Part shown: positions 39,364 to 49,398 of the stretch, piece by piece
How positions within the stretch are numbered: position 1 is the stretch's first letter
How the letters are laid out: each line of letters opens with the position of its first letter
NCBI GenBank assembly: GCA_048388685.1
Contig: DBGCTZ010000022.1
Coordinates: 21,382 to 85,381, forward strand
DNA from: Akkermansia sp.
GTDB lineage: Bacteria > Verrucomicrobiota > Verrucomicrobiia > Verrucomicrobiales > Akkermansiaceae
Direction: 5' to 3'
DNA: 64,000 nucleotides
Position numbers and translations under genes: made by a program
The notes under the pieces: generated by a model
What the model was told of the DNA's origin: nothing
Seen by the model: only the letters and a program-made list of their open reading frames with translations
Databases searched by the model: none

Positions 39364-39523
39364 CGGATTACCAGTCCGCTGTCAATCGAAGATTCTGACA
39401 ATATAAAGCTTAAGGCGTTTTTGGATTTTTGCTCCGGGAAACCGGGTATTTTTAGCCATCTGCCTAAAAGGTTGAATTTAACGGCTTTCCCGAGCCTGTA
39501 TTTTCAAACGGACTGGTAATCCG
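39364..39523. promoter_or_regulatory. Putative invertible promoter: perfect 15-bp inverted repeats flanking 130 bp
   Basis: CGGATTACCAGTCCG (39364-39378) is the exact reverse complement of CGGACTGGTAATCCG (39509-39523); minus-strand TTGACA at 39385-39380; TAACCT at 39525-39530. Confidence 0.8.
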
Positions 39524-39555
39524 TTAACCTATCACCGCGTCCTCTTTGCCTTGGC

Positions 39556-40686
39556 ATGTGCTTTGATTTTATTCCCATTTCCCTGTATACAGCACTGTTT
39601 AACTGGACTGTCCTTTTTTTTGTGCTGGGCGCCGTGTATCAGGCGGGAACAGGAGGGATTTATTCGCCTTCCACAGCCCGGCTGGACAATATGGCCGGGA
39701 TTTTGTTCGTACTGGCCCTGATCATGTACATGGGCGCGCGGCCCGTCAGCGGGGAGTTTGGAGACACCATCAATTACGCCGCGGAATTCCAGACTCTTCA
39801 GGAGGGGGAGGCCGGCAACTGGAAAGCCCAGTTGACGGGCATGAAAGGGGAATGGCTGTTTGCCGTCATCCTGCACGCATGGGTGCAGCACGGCAACGTG
39901 CATGATTATTTCCTAACCTGCTCCGCGGTGTACGTGGGCGCGCTGGCCCTGGCCAGTTACAGGATTTTCGGCGTCAGATGGTTCATTCCGTTCCTGGTTG
40001 CGTGCGCCATGTTCACCTTCTGGGTGTACGGCGTCAACGGCATCCGCAACGGCATGGCCGCCTCTGTGATGATTCTGGGCCTCACGTTCCGGAAAAATCT
40101 CAAGATGCTGCTGCTGTTCACCGTGCTGGCCGTCAGCCTGCACAAGTCCATGATGCTGCTGGCCGCTGCGGGCACCCTGGCCTGGTTTTTGACGGACACG
40201 CGGTATTACGTGGCGGCGTGGCTGGGCTGCATCGGCGCCATTATTCTGGCCGGACCCGCCATTGGGGAGATGATCGCCTCCTCCGGCTTTTTTGATGATC
40301 CGCGCCTGACCCTCTACATCAACCAGGCTGATGAACTGAAGGCTTCCTCCGCCCTGTTCAGCAGCGTGGGCTTCCGCTGGGATTTCCTGGTTTACAGCGC
40401 CCTGCCCATTGCCACGGGCTGCTACTTCCTGTTCCGGGAGGAATACCGGGACGTGATGTACACGTGGCTGCTGAATATCTACATTGCGGCCAACGCGTTC
40501 TGGATTCTCTGCATGTACGCGGCGTTCAGCAACAGGTTCGCCCAGCTCTCCTGGTTCCTGATGGGCTTTGTCTTTATTTATCCCTTTTTCAAGCACAGGT
40601 TCTGGGCGGACCAGGAAAAGAAACTGGCCTGCTTTATCCCGGTGATCTACGTCTTCACCTTTTACATGAACATTTACAACGCATGA
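39556..40686 (+). CDS. EpsG-family polysaccharide polymerase (Wzy-like)
   Basis: Polytopic membrane protein with FGDTINY, NGIRNGMA, LHKS and NRFAQLSW motifs. Confidence 0.8.
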   Translation: MCFDFIPISLYTALFNWTVLFFVLGAVYQAGTGGIYSPSTARLDNMAGILFVLALIMYMGARPVSGEFGDTINYAAEFQTLQEGEAGNWKAQLTGMKGEWLFAVILHAWVQHGNVHDYFLTCSAVYVGALALASYRIFGVRWFIPFLVACAMFTFWVYGVNGIRNGMAASVMILGLTFRKNLKMLLLFTVLAVSLHKSMMLLAAAGTLAWFLTDTRYYVAAWLGCIGAIILAGPAIGEMIASSGFFDDPRLTLYINQADELKASSALFSSVGFRWDFLVYSALPIATGCYFLFREEYRDVMYTWLLNIYIAANAFWILCMYAAFSNRFAQLSWFLMGFVFIYPFFKHRFWADQEKKLACFIPVIYVFTFYMNIYNA

Positions 40687-41801
40687 AAAAGAAGATCATC
40701 AGGGTTGCGGCGGCCCCCATCTCGCTGGACCTGCTGCTCAAGGGGCAGTTGAATTACCTGAACGGTTTCTTTGACGTTCTTGCCGTGGCCTCTCCCGGTG
40801 AAGAGCATGAACGCATCCGCCGCCGTGAAGGCGTGCCTACCGTGGAGCTTGAGATTGAACGGTCCATTTCCCTGTGGAAGGATGTGAAGAGCCTGTGGCG
40901 CCTGTTCCTGCTGTTCCGCCGGGAACGCCCGTGGGGGGTGCACTCCCTCACTCCCAAGGCCGGTCTGCTGAGCATGATGGCGGCGGCCTTCGCCCGCGTT
41001 CCGGTCAGGGTCCATACCTTCACCGGCCTGATTTTCCCCTACCGGAGGGGAGCGTTCAAGGCCCTGCTGAAGCAGATGGACCGCCTGACGTGCCTGTTTG
41101 CCACCCATGTCATTCCGGAAGGAGAGGGCGTCCGTCAGCTCCTGCTGGCGGAGAAGGTGACGGCCAAGCCGCTGGAAATCCTGGCCCACGGCAACATCAA
41201 CGGGGTGGACACGGATTATTTCCGCCGTTCCGGCTGCCGGGAGGAAGTGCGGAAGTGCCTGGAAGTGCCGGAGGACGCCGTGCTGTTCGTTTTTGTGGGG
41301 AGGATTACGGAGGACAAGGGCGTGCGTGAATTGCTCGCCGCGTTTTCCGCGCTGCGCGCGGAGGGGAAGGGGGCGCCCGTTTTTCTGGCGCTCGTGGGAT
41401 GGACGGAGGATTACGCCGCGGAAGAACTGGACATGCCCGGCGTGTTCTGCCCCGGTTTTCAGGAGGATATCCGCCCCTGGCTGGAAGCCGCGGATGTCTT
41501 CGTGCTCCCCAGCTACCGGGAGGGATTCCCCAATTCGCTGTTGCAGGCGGGGGCCATGGAGCTGCCCGTCATCGCCACGGACGTATGCGGGTGCAATGAG
41601 ATTGTGAAGGACGGCGTGAACGGCCTGCTTGTCCCGGCCCGGGATGAGGAGGCGCTGCGCGGCGCCATGGTTTCCCTCCGGGATGACCCGGAAGGGCGCA
41701 GGAGGATGGGCGCGGAAGCGGCCCGGCAGGTGGAGGGGAAATTCTCCTGCCGCATCGTATGGGACGCGCTGCTCAATTTTTACGGGAGGGTATCGGCATG
41801 A
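40683..41801 (+). CDS. GT4 glycosyltransferase (PglA/CapM-like)
   Basis: [28 protein letters not shown] and [17 protein letters not shown] motifs. Confidence 0.9.
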   Translation: MKKKIIRVAAAPISLDLLLKGQLNYLNGFFDVLAVASPGEEHERIRRREGVPTVELEIERSISLWKDVKSLWRLFLLFRRERPWGVHSLTPKAGLLSMMAAAFARVPVRVHTFTGLIFPYRRGAFKALLKQMDRLTCLFATHVIPEGEGVRQLLLAEKVTAKPLEILAHGNINGVDTDYFRRSGCREEVRKCLEVPEDAVLFVFVGRITEDKGVRELLAAFSALRAEGKGAPVFLALVGWTEDYAAEELDMPGVFCPGFQEDIRPWLEAADVFVLPSYREGFPNSLLQAGAMELPVIATDVCGCNEIVKDGVNGLLVPARDEEALRGAMVSLRDDPEGRRRMGAEAARQVEGKFSCRIVWDALLNFYGRVSA

Positions 41802-42409
41802 TTTATACGAATGTCCTCAAGAGGGTGATGGACTTTTTCATTGCCTTGTCCGTCCTGTCCGTTCTTCTGGTCCCGCTTCTGGTGCTGATGGCGCTGCTGG
41901 CCTGGGCGAATCACGGCACGCCGTTTTTCCGCCAGACGCGGCCCGGACGCCACGGCAGGCTGTTCCGCATCATCAAATTCAAGACGATGACGGATGAAAG
42001 GGACTCCCGCGGGGAACTCCTGCCGGATGACCGGCGACTGACGCGCGTGGGCACGGTGGTGCGCTCCCTTTCCCTGGATGAGCTGCCGCAGTTGTTCAAT
42101 GTGCTGGCGGGACAGATGAGCTTCATCGGCCCCCGGCCTCTCCTGCCGGAATACCTGCCCCTGTACAGCGCGGAACAGGCGCGCCGCCATGACGTAAGGC
42201 CCGGCATCACGGGCTGGGCCCAGGTGAACGGGCGCAATGCCATCAGTTGGGAGCGCAAGTTTGAACTGGACGTCTGGTATGTGGACCACCTGAGTTTCCC
42301 GCTGGATGTGCGCATCATCTTGTTAACCCTGGCGAAGGTTGTTCAACGCCAGGGAATCAGCGCTGAAGGAAGCGCCACCATGGAAAAATTCACTGGTTCC
42401 GGAAAATGA
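41798..42409 (+). CDS. Monotopic phosphoglycosyl transferase (PglC/EpsL-like initiating transferase)
   Basis: [37 protein letters not shown] and [14 protein letters not shown] motifs. Confidence 0.93.
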   Translation: MIYTNVLKRVMDFFIALSVLSVLLVPLLVLMALLAWANHGTPFFRQTRPGRHGRLFRIIKFKTMTDERDSRGELLPDDRRLTRVGTVVRSLSLDELPQLFNVLAGQMSFIGPRPLLPEYLPLYSAEQARRHDVRPGITGWAQVNGRNAISWERKFELDVWYVDHLSFPLDVRIILLTLAKVVQRQGISAEGSATMEKFTGSGK

Positions 42410-44199
42410 AGAAAAATATAGCGATTATAGGCGCCGGGGGATTCGGCAGGGAAACGGCCTGCTGCCTCCGGGCAATCAATGAGGCGTCCCCCGCCTGGAA
42501 TCTGGTCGGCTTCTTTGACGACGGCGTCCCCGCCGGCACGGAAAACGAGTATGGCCGCGTGCTGGGCACGGTGGAAGACCTGAATGACTGGAAGGAGCCT
42601 CTCTCCGTCGTGATCGCCATCGCCTCCCCCCGGGCCCTGGAACGCATTTCCAGCCTGCTGGATAATCCCCTGCTGGACTTTCCCAACATCATCGCCCCGG
42701 ACGTGAAGTTTTATGACCGTGACCGGGTGGTCATGGGGAAGGGGAACGTCATCAGCTTCGGCCATCTGTTCAGCTGCCACGTGCGCATGGGGGATTTCAA
42801 CCTGTTCAGCTGCGGTTCCCTGATCGGCCATGACGTGACGCTGGGGAACTGGAACGTGGTAGCCAACGGCTGCAAGGTATCCGGAGGGGTGACGCTGGGA
42901 AACGCCAACTTTCTGGGCGCGGCGTCCGTGGTGCTCCCGTGCCGCACGGTGAAGGAGAACGTGGTTCTGGGCGCCAATTCCACGCTGGTGCGTGACGCGC
43001 TGGAGGGCGGCACGTACGTGGGCTGCCCCGCCGTGCTGAAGAAGGCCCCGTGTTCCGGCCCCGCGCCGGAGAAGAAATCCACCATCTGGCTCTCCCTGGC
43101 CCGGACGGGGGAGGCTGAAGAAAAGTTTGTGCTTGAGGCCTTCCGGTCAAAATGGGTGACCACGGTGGGGCCCAATGTGGACGCTTTTGAACGGGAGCTG
43201 GAGGAATACCTGGGGGAAAGCCACGTGGTGGCGCTGGCATCCGGCACCTCCGCCCTTCATCTGGGGCTGGTGATGCTGGGAGTGGGGCCGGGGGATGAAG
43301 TGCTCTGCCAGTCCATGACGTTTGCCGCCTCCGCCAATCCCATCATTTACCAGGGGGCTTCCCCCGTGTTTGTGGACAGTGAGGAAGGTACGTGGAACAT
43401 GTCCCCTGAACTGCTGGAGGAGGCCATCCGGGACCGCATCAGGCAGACGGGCCGCACCCCTGCGGCCATCATTCCGGTGGACCTGTACGGGATGCCCGCC
43501 GGCATGGATGAGATCATGGAGATTGCCGGGAAATACGGCATTCCCGTTTTGGAAGACGCCGCGGAAGCGCTGGGGTCCGAGTACCGGGGCAGGAAGTGCG
43601 GAGTGCTGGGCACCTACGGGGCCTTTTCCTTTAACGGGAACAAGATCATCACCACCTCCGGCGGGGGCGCCCTGTGCTGCCCGGATGAGGAATCCCGGAA
43701 CAAGGTCAAGTTTTACGCCACCCAGGCCAGGGACCAGGCGCCGCATTATGAACACACGCACATTGGCTACAATTACCGCCTCAGCAACGTGTGCGCGGGC
43801 ATAGGCCGGGGGCAGATGCTTTCCCTGCCTGCCTTTCTGGAGAAAAGGCGCGGCATTCATGAGGAATACCGCCGCCGCCTTTCCGGCGTTCCGGGTCTCT
43901 CCCTGCTGGAAAATCCGGATGCCCGTTACCATTCCAACCACTGGCTGACCTGCGTGCTGGTCAATCCGGAGGAAGCCCCGTTTGACCGGGAAGCGTTGCG
44001 GCTGGCGCTCCAGAAGGCCGGGGTGGAGAGCCGCCCCCTCTGGAAGCCCATGCACCTGCAGCCCGTGTTCCGCTCCTGCCCGTTTTATGGCGCAGGAGTA
44101 TCGGACCGCCTGTTTGACCGGGGGCTGTGCCTGCCTTCCGGTGCCGCCGTTACGGAGGCGGACCTGGACCGCATTATTGACGTTATTGTCACCCTGTAG
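42406..44199 (+). CDS. Fused PglD/NeuD-like acetyltransferase and PglE/DegT-like PLP aminotransferase
   Basis: N-terminal [10 protein letters not shown] plus hexapeptide repeats with IGHD; C-terminal [40 protein letters not shown] and [11 protein letters not shown]; single ORF. Confidence 0.9.
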   Translation: MKKNIAIIGAGGFGRETACCLRAINEASPAWNLVGFFDDGVPAGTENEYGRVLGTVEDLNDWKEPLSVVIAIASPRALERISSLLDNPLLDFPNIIAPDVKFYDRDRVVMGKGNVISFGHLFSCHVRMGDFNLFSCGSLIGHDVTLGNWNVVANGCKVSGGVTLGNANFLGAASVVLPCRTVKENVVLGANSTLVRDALEGGTYVGCPAVLKKAPCSGPAPEKKSTIWLSLARTGEAEEKFVLEAFRSKWVTTVGPNVDAFERELEEYLGESHVVALASGTSALHLGLVMLGVGPGDEVLCQSMTFAASANPIIYQGASPVFVDSEEGTWNMSPELLEEAIRDRIRQTGRTPAAIIPVDLYGMPAGMDEIMEIAGKYGIPVLEDAAEALGSEYRGRKCGVLGTYGAFSFNGNKIITTSGGGALCCPDEESRNKVKFYATQARDQAPHYEHTHIGYNYRLSNVCAGIGRGQMLSLPAFLEKRRGIHEEYRRRLSGVPGLSLLENPDARYHSNHWLTCVLVNPEEAPFDREALRLALQKAGVESRPLWKPMHLQPVFRSCPFYGAGVSDRLFDRGLCLPSGAAVTEADLDRIIDVIVTL

Positions 44200-44204
44200 A
44201 TTTC

Positions 44205-46193
44205 ATGCTTATGGACCAGACGCACTACAGCCCGATTGCACGCTTCTTCTATTACGCGAGACACTATTTATTGTCCAGCGGAAGGTTCATTTTCGTGATA
44301 GACCTGGTCGTTTCAACGCTGACGACGCTGCTGGCGTTTTTCTACTGCCGGTTTCTCTACCGGGGAAACTGGCTGCTTCCCAACTTCTACTACATTCTTC
44401 TCATCGATTTATTGATTACCGGGGTTGTTTTTTGGAACTCGGGTATTTATAGAAGCATGCTCCGGTTCACGACCCTGAAGGACATTCAGAGGCTGATAGG
44501 CGCCATCCTGCTGGCGTGCGTGCTCGTGAGCTTGGTCTATATCATCCTGTGGCCGAACTATTACAAAGTGCATGTGGCCGCCGTGTTTTTCAACTTCATG
44601 TTGACCAGCCTGGCGCTGATTGGCGCACGCCTGGCCTGCATTGGCGGTAGGAGCTGGCTGGAAAACCTTCATGCGGAGAAGTCGCTTTCTGCCATCACCA
44701 TTTCCGGGCGCAAAAGGGTAGCTTTGGCCGGAAAGCTGGACGCCTGCCTGCTGAAGGCTTCCCTCATCCGGAGCCTGAAGAGCGATGAGTATGAAGTGGT
44801 GGGCATCCTGACTTCCGCTTCGGAGGCTGATGGCAAGGAAATCAGGGGGATTCCGATCCGGTTGATCAGAGAGGCTGCGGAGGTGGAAGGCTTGATGAAC
44901 GTGTTCCAGGCGTCCGGTATCATTTTTGTGGGGAAGGATAAGATTCTGGGAGAGAAAAAGCTAGCGGACGTGTGCCTGGAAAAAGGGATTGAGCTGATGG
45001 TTTCCCATGATCTGCTTCAGTCTTTCCATGAATATTCCGGCGTTGCCGTGAATGAAGTGCAGATTGAAGACCTGATGGAGCGGGAGGAAATCAGCATTGA
45101 TATGGAAAAGATTTCCGGCGGCATCAAGGACCGGGTGGTGATGGTGACGGGCGCCGCCGGTTCCATCGGCAGTGAACTGGTCCGGCAGCTGTGCCGGTTT
45201 GTCCCGCGCCAGATCGTGCTGCTGGACCATGCGGAAACGCCCCTGTGGCTGGTGCGCCAGGAGGTGGAAAAGTCCTATTCCCAGGTTTCCGTCGCCACAT
45301 CCATCACAAATGTCTGCCACCGCCGCCAGCTGGAGGAGAGCATGAAGCTGTACCGTCCTGATTTGATTTTCCACGCCGCCGCCTACAAGCACGTCCCCCT
45401 GATGGAGGAGAACCCGTGCATTGCCGTGGTCAACAACGTGAAGGGGGCCATGCATCTGGCGTCCCTGGCCGTCAAGTACGGGACGCAGCGCTTCGTCATG
45501 GTCTCCACGGACAAGGCGGTGAACCCCACCAGCGTCATGGGGGCCACCAAGCGCCTGGCTGAAATGTACGTGCAGAGCCTGGGGGAACACCTGGTGAAGA
45601 AGCACGGGGAAGGTTCCACCGTATTTATTACCACGCGGTTCGGCAATGTGCTGGGAAGCGCCGGTTCCGTGATTCCGCTGTTCAAGGAACAAATCAGAAA
45701 AGGGGGGCCGGTCACCGTGACCCATCCTGAGATGATCCGCTATTTCATGACCATTCCGGAAGCCTGTCGTTTGATTTTGCAGGCGAACGCGATGGGGAAG
45801 GGCGGGGAGATTTTCGTTTTCGACATGGGGGAACAGGTCAGGATCGTGGATCTGGCCAAAAAGATGATCCGCCTGGCGGGTCTTTCCCCGCTGAAGGATA
45901 TCCGCATTGTCTTTACCGGACTGCGGCCCGGCGAAAAACTTTATGAAGAACTTCTGACGGACTATGAACACACGCTGGAAACCCCCCACCAGCGCATCCG
46001 CATTTTCGAGACCCGGAAATACGACATGTCCGAGCTGAAGGAAGCCTTTGAAGAACTGGTGCGCCATGCGGAATCCAACCACCTGGAGGAAACCATCCGC
46101 GCCATGAAGCAATTAATACCCGAATACAAGAGCAATAACTCCCCTTACCAGAAGTACGACTACCTCGACCTGAAGAAACCCCTCTCCATATAA
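44205..46193 (+). CDS. Membrane-bound UDP-GlcNAc 4,6-dehydratase (PglF/CapD/EpsC-like)
   Basis: N-terminal TM helices; VTGAAGSIGSEL, HAAAYKHVP, STDKAVNPTSVMGATKR, RFGNVLGS and GLRPGEKLYEEL motifs. Confidence 0.93.
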   Translation: MLMDQTHYSPIARFFYYARHYLLSSGRFIFVIDLVVSTLTTLLAFFYCRFLYRGNWLLPNFYYILLIDLLITGVVFWNSGIYRSMLRFTTLKDIQRLIGAILLACVLVSLVYIILWPNYYKVHVAAVFFNFMLTSLALIGARLACIGGRSWLENLHAEKSLSAITISGRKRVALAGKLDACLLKASLIRSLKSDEYEVVGILTSASEADGKEIRGIPIRLIREAAEVEGLMNVFQASGIIFVGKDKILGEKKLADVCLEKGIELMVSHDLLQSFHEYSGVAVNEVQIEDLMEREEISIDMEKISGGIKDRVVMVTGAAGSIGSELVRQLCRFVPRQIVLLDHAETPLWLVRQEVEKSYSQVSVATSITNVCHRRQLEESMKLYRPDLIFHAAAYKHVPLMEENPCIAVVNNVKGAMHLASLAVKYGTQRFVMVSTDKAVNPTSVMGATKRLAEMYVQSLGEHLVKKHGEGSTVFITTRFGNVLGSAGSVIPLFKEQIRKGGPVTVTHPEMIRYFMTIPEACRLILQANAMGKGGEIFVFDMGEQVRIVDLAKKMIRLAGLSPLKDIRIVFTGLRPGEKLYEELLTDYEHTLETPHQRIRIFETRKYDMSELKEAFEELVRHAESNHLEETIRAMKQLIPEYKSNNSPYQKYDYLDLKKPLSI

Positions 46194-46202
46194 CTCCATC
46201 CA

Positions 46203-46988
46203 ATGAAATACCTTAATCTGTTCCACCGTCCCGTTCTCTGGGGGCGCCTTCTCGCGGCGGGCCTCCTGCTGGGCGCTCTTTCCGCCTGCGTCAAGCCTGA
46301 AGAAGTCAACTACGTCCAGGACCTGGTGCTGGACCAGAAAGCGTCCATCGGGAAGCAATATAAGATCGTCATCAAGAAGGACGACCGCCTTTTCATTTCC
46401 GTCAGCAGCAAGAACCCGACGCTCGCGCAGATGTTCAACAAGGACAGCGGCAGTGTCTCCAGCCCCCGTGATGACGAGCGCGGCTACTTCGTGAATACGG
46501 ACGGGGACATCGTGTTCCCCGTTCTGGGAAGAATCAAGGCCGCGGGCAAGACATGCACCCAGCTCGCGACGGACATTGAAAACGAGATCATCCGGGAAGG
46601 GTACATCAAGGACCCGGCGGTCAGCGTGCGCCTGATGAATTTCAAATTCTCCGTTCTCGGGGAAGTATCCAAGCCGGGCAGCTATGAAATCAAGGGGGAA
46701 CGCCTGACCCTGCTGGAAGCGCTGAGCAAGGCCGGCGACCTGAACATGGACGGCAACCGCGACATTTACATCATCCGGGAGGCCGGAGGCGAACGCATCG
46801 CGTCCAAGGTGGACCTGCGCAGCAGCGCCCTGTTCCATTCCCCCTATTACTACATCCAGCAGAATGACGTCATTTACGTCACTCCGTCAGACAGGAAGGT
46901 GAATACCCGGAGCGAGCAGCTCCAGATTTATCCCTACCTGATTTCCGGCACGTCCATCGCCATGGTCATTCTGGCCTTCTGCATCTGA
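46203..46988 (+). CDS. wza: Polysaccharide export outer-membrane lipoprotein
   Basis: Lipobox LSAC, DGDIVFPVLGRIKAAG, VLGEVSKPG, TLLEALSKAGDL and QQNDVIYV motifs. Confidence 0.9.
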   Translation: MKYLNLFHRPVLWGRLLAAGLLLGALSACVKPEEVNYVQDLVLDQKASIGKQYKIVIKKDDRLFISVSSKNPTLAQMFNKDSGSVSSPRDDERGYFVNTDGDIVFPVLGRIKAAGKTCTQLATDIENEIIREGYIKDPAVSVRLMNFKFSVLGEVSKPGSYEIKGERLTLLEALSKAGDLNMDGNRDIYIIREAGGERIASKVDLRSSALFHSPYYYIQQNDVIYVTPSDRKVNTRSEQLQIYPYLISGTSIAMVILAFCI

Positions 46989-46992
46989 TCCC

Positions 46993-49377
46993 ATGAAAGC
47001 CTCCTCCAACAAGACTGACTCACTGGACGGCGGCGGCAATGCGCCGCCATCCCTGCTCCCCAGCCCCAAGGCCATCATGGGCCGTATTGCCCGGAACTGG
47101 TACTGGTGCGTGCTCTCCCTGGCCGTCTGCCTGCCCCTGGCGTATCTGTATGCGGCCAGGCAGTCCCAGGTTTACGGGAAGGCCACCACCATCCTTGTCA
47201 AGGAGGACTATCCCAAGGAATCCGTGGCCACCACGGTGCTGGCCTCCACCAATGGGATTGTGAACACGGCCACCACCAATCTGGATAATGAAATCTTCCT
47301 GCTTTCCTCCCACTCCCTGCTGGAAACCGTGGTCCGGAACCTGAAGCTGGATGTCACTTACTGGAAGAAGGACAAATTCCGCAAGGTGGAGATTTACCAG
47401 GATTCCCCCATTGAAGTGCGGTTCACGCAAGAGGGGGCGGCGGCGGATGCCAGGTTCCAGGTGGTTCCGGTGTCCGGGAAGGAATTCCGGGTGGAAAAAA
47501 ATGTGGATGAACCTTCGTATGAGGAAAAAACGGGCACTTTCGGCAAGGAACTTCAGTTTGATTCCCAGACGTTCATCGTGGAGAAAACACCCCGGTTTGA
47601 TGAAAAAAGCCTGAACGTTCCCGTGATTGTCAGAAGAACGTCCGTCCGGAAGGCGGCGCTAGGGCTGGCGAGCGGGCTGACCGTTAAAAAGGCAAGCGGG
47701 AAAAACAACCTGATCAATATTTCCATGCGCTGCAACAACCCGGTGAAGGCGGAGCAGATTCTGCACAGCATCGTCCGTTTTTACAATGAGGCCTCCCTGG
47801 AGGAGAAAAACAGGCGCGGGATGAAAACGAACCAGTTCATTGAGGAGCGCCTGGACGTCATCAGTGATGAGATGCGGAAAAATGACCTCTCCATTGAAGA
47901 CCTGAAGAAGGAGACCAATGTGCTGACGGACCTGTCCAGGGCCCTCACGGAGGAGTATGAAAACAGCATCAGCGACAAGAAGGATTTGAGGGAACTGGAG
48001 CTGGAGATCAAGTCCATTGAATACCTGAAGGAGTACCTGGAAAAGGAAGCGGAACATGATTCCAGGCTGGTGCCGATCAATGCCAAGATAGCGGACATGG
48101 GCATCCGGGACCAGATAGGCGTTTTTAATGACACCCTGCTGAAAAGAACGAGCCTGAAGGTGAATGCCGGGGACAACAACCCGATTGTCCGCGAGCTGGA
48201 AGCCAACCTGAGTTCCCTGAAGGATGCGCTGAAGCGTTCCGTGAATAATTACTATACGTCCCTGCTGGTCAAGAAAAAGAACGTGGAGGACCAGCATGAA
48301 CAGACGCGGCAGCATATCAGGACCGTTTCCAGCCGGGAAAGGGACGTCAACTACATTGAACGGGAACAGCGCGTCCGGGAATCCCTGTACGTTTTCCTGC
48401 TGAACAAGAGGGAGGAAAATTCCCTGGCCCTGGCCGCCACGGAGGACAATGCCCGGATGGTGGACGCCGTGCGCGGCGGGAACGGGCCGCTGGAGCCCAA
48501 CGTGACCAAAATCCTGATGGTGGGCTTTCTGGCCGGAATGGCCATTCCCGTGTTCCTGTGCGTGGTGGCGGCCATGCTGGATTCCAGCGTGAAGCGCCGG
48601 AAGGAGATAGAAACCCTGACGGCCATTCCCGTGTACGGGGAACTGCCCCGCAAGCCGCGGAAGCTGAAGAACCAGGAAATCGTGGTGAATCTGGAAGAGC
48701 CTTCCGAACTGTCCGAATGCTTCCCGCTGCTGGCGGAGCGCATGGTCTCCCTTTCCGAAGAGAACGGGGGAAAACCCCTCAGCGTTCTGATCACCTCCTC
48801 CTGTTCCGGGGAGGGGAAAACCTACCTCTCCGTAAATCTGGCCGTGTCCCTTGCCGTGGCCGGAAAGAAGGTGCTGCTGATGGATATGGATTTAAGGAAG
48901 AGCACGCTCAGCGCCCTGCTGGGCGGAACCGGGAAGCCGGGCATCGGCGATCTGGAACAGGCCGGGGTAGGCGGCTGGCGCTCCCTGGTGGAAAAGTCCT
49001 CCGTTTCCGACCATCTGGACTACCTGTTTGCCGGAACCGTTCCGGACCACCCCTCCCGGCTGCTGCTGCATGACCGCATCCGGAAGCTGATGGAGGAATT
49101 GAAGGAACAGTATGATTTCATCTTCATGGACTGCGTTCCCTATTCCTGCCTGGCGGATGCCCGCATCGTCGCCCGGCTGGCGGACGCCACGCTGTACGTC
49201 ATGCGGGCCGGATGCGCGAAGAAGCGCGACCTGGCCGGACTGGAGAAGGTATGGAAAAACGGGGAGTTGAAGAAGATGGGCATCGTCCTGTGCGACGTGG
49301 AGCCCCAGGGCCGTTCCTCCCGGAAGGCTGCCGTGTACCGGAGCCTGGATACTTCCTCTCCATGCGGGGGAAAATAA
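46993..49377 (+). CDS. wzc: Polysaccharide co-polymerase / BY-kinase
   Basis: Two TM helices with a periplasmic coiled coil; cytoplasmic SSCSGEGKT, DMDLRK and YDFIFMD motifs. Confidence 0.9.
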   Translation: MKASSNKTDSLDGGGNAPPSLLPSPKAIMGRIARNWYWCVLSLAVCLPLAYLYAARQSQVYGKATTILVKEDYPKESVATTVLASTNGIVNTATTNLDNEIFLLSSHSLLETVVRNLKLDVTYWKKDKFRKVEIYQDSPIEVRFTQEGAAADARFQVVPVSGKEFRVEKNVDEPSYEEKTGTFGKELQFDSQTFIVEKTPRFDEKSLNVPVIVRRTSVRKAALGLASGLTVKKASGKNNLINISMRCNNPVKAEQILHSIVRFYNEASLEEKNRRGMKTNQFIEERLDVISDEMRKNDLSIEDLKKETNVLTDLSRALTEEYENSISDKKDLRELELEIKSIEYLKEYLEKEAEHDSRLVPINAKIADMGIRDQIGVFNDTLLKRTSLKVNAGDNNPIVRELEANLSSLKDALKRSVNNYYTSLLVKKKNVEDQHEQTRQHIRTVSSRERDVNYIEREQRVRESLYVFLLNKREENSLALAATEDNARMVDAVRGGNGPLEPNVTKILMVGFLAGMAIPVFLCVVAAMLDSSVKRRKEIETLTAIPVYGELPRKPRKLKNQEIVVNLEEPSELSECFPLLAERMVSLSEENGGKPLSVLITSSCSGEGKTYLSVNLAVSLAVAGKKVLLMDMDLRKSTLSALLGGTGKPGIGDLEQAGVGGWRSLVEKSSVSDHLDYLFAGTVPDHPSRLLLHDRIRKLMEELKEQYDFIFMDCVPYSCLADARIVARLADATLYVMRAGCAKKRDLAGLEKVWKNGELKKMGIVLCDVEPQGRSSRKAAVYRSLDTSSPCGGK

Positions 49378-49398
49378 TTTGTTTCAGGAGGCCGTCCC

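Noticed and set aside
39530..39560. ops/JUMPStart element or NusG-paralogue antiterminator for the long capsule operon
   Set aside because: No GGCGGTAG-type ops element in the leader and no UpxY/RfaH gene in the window.
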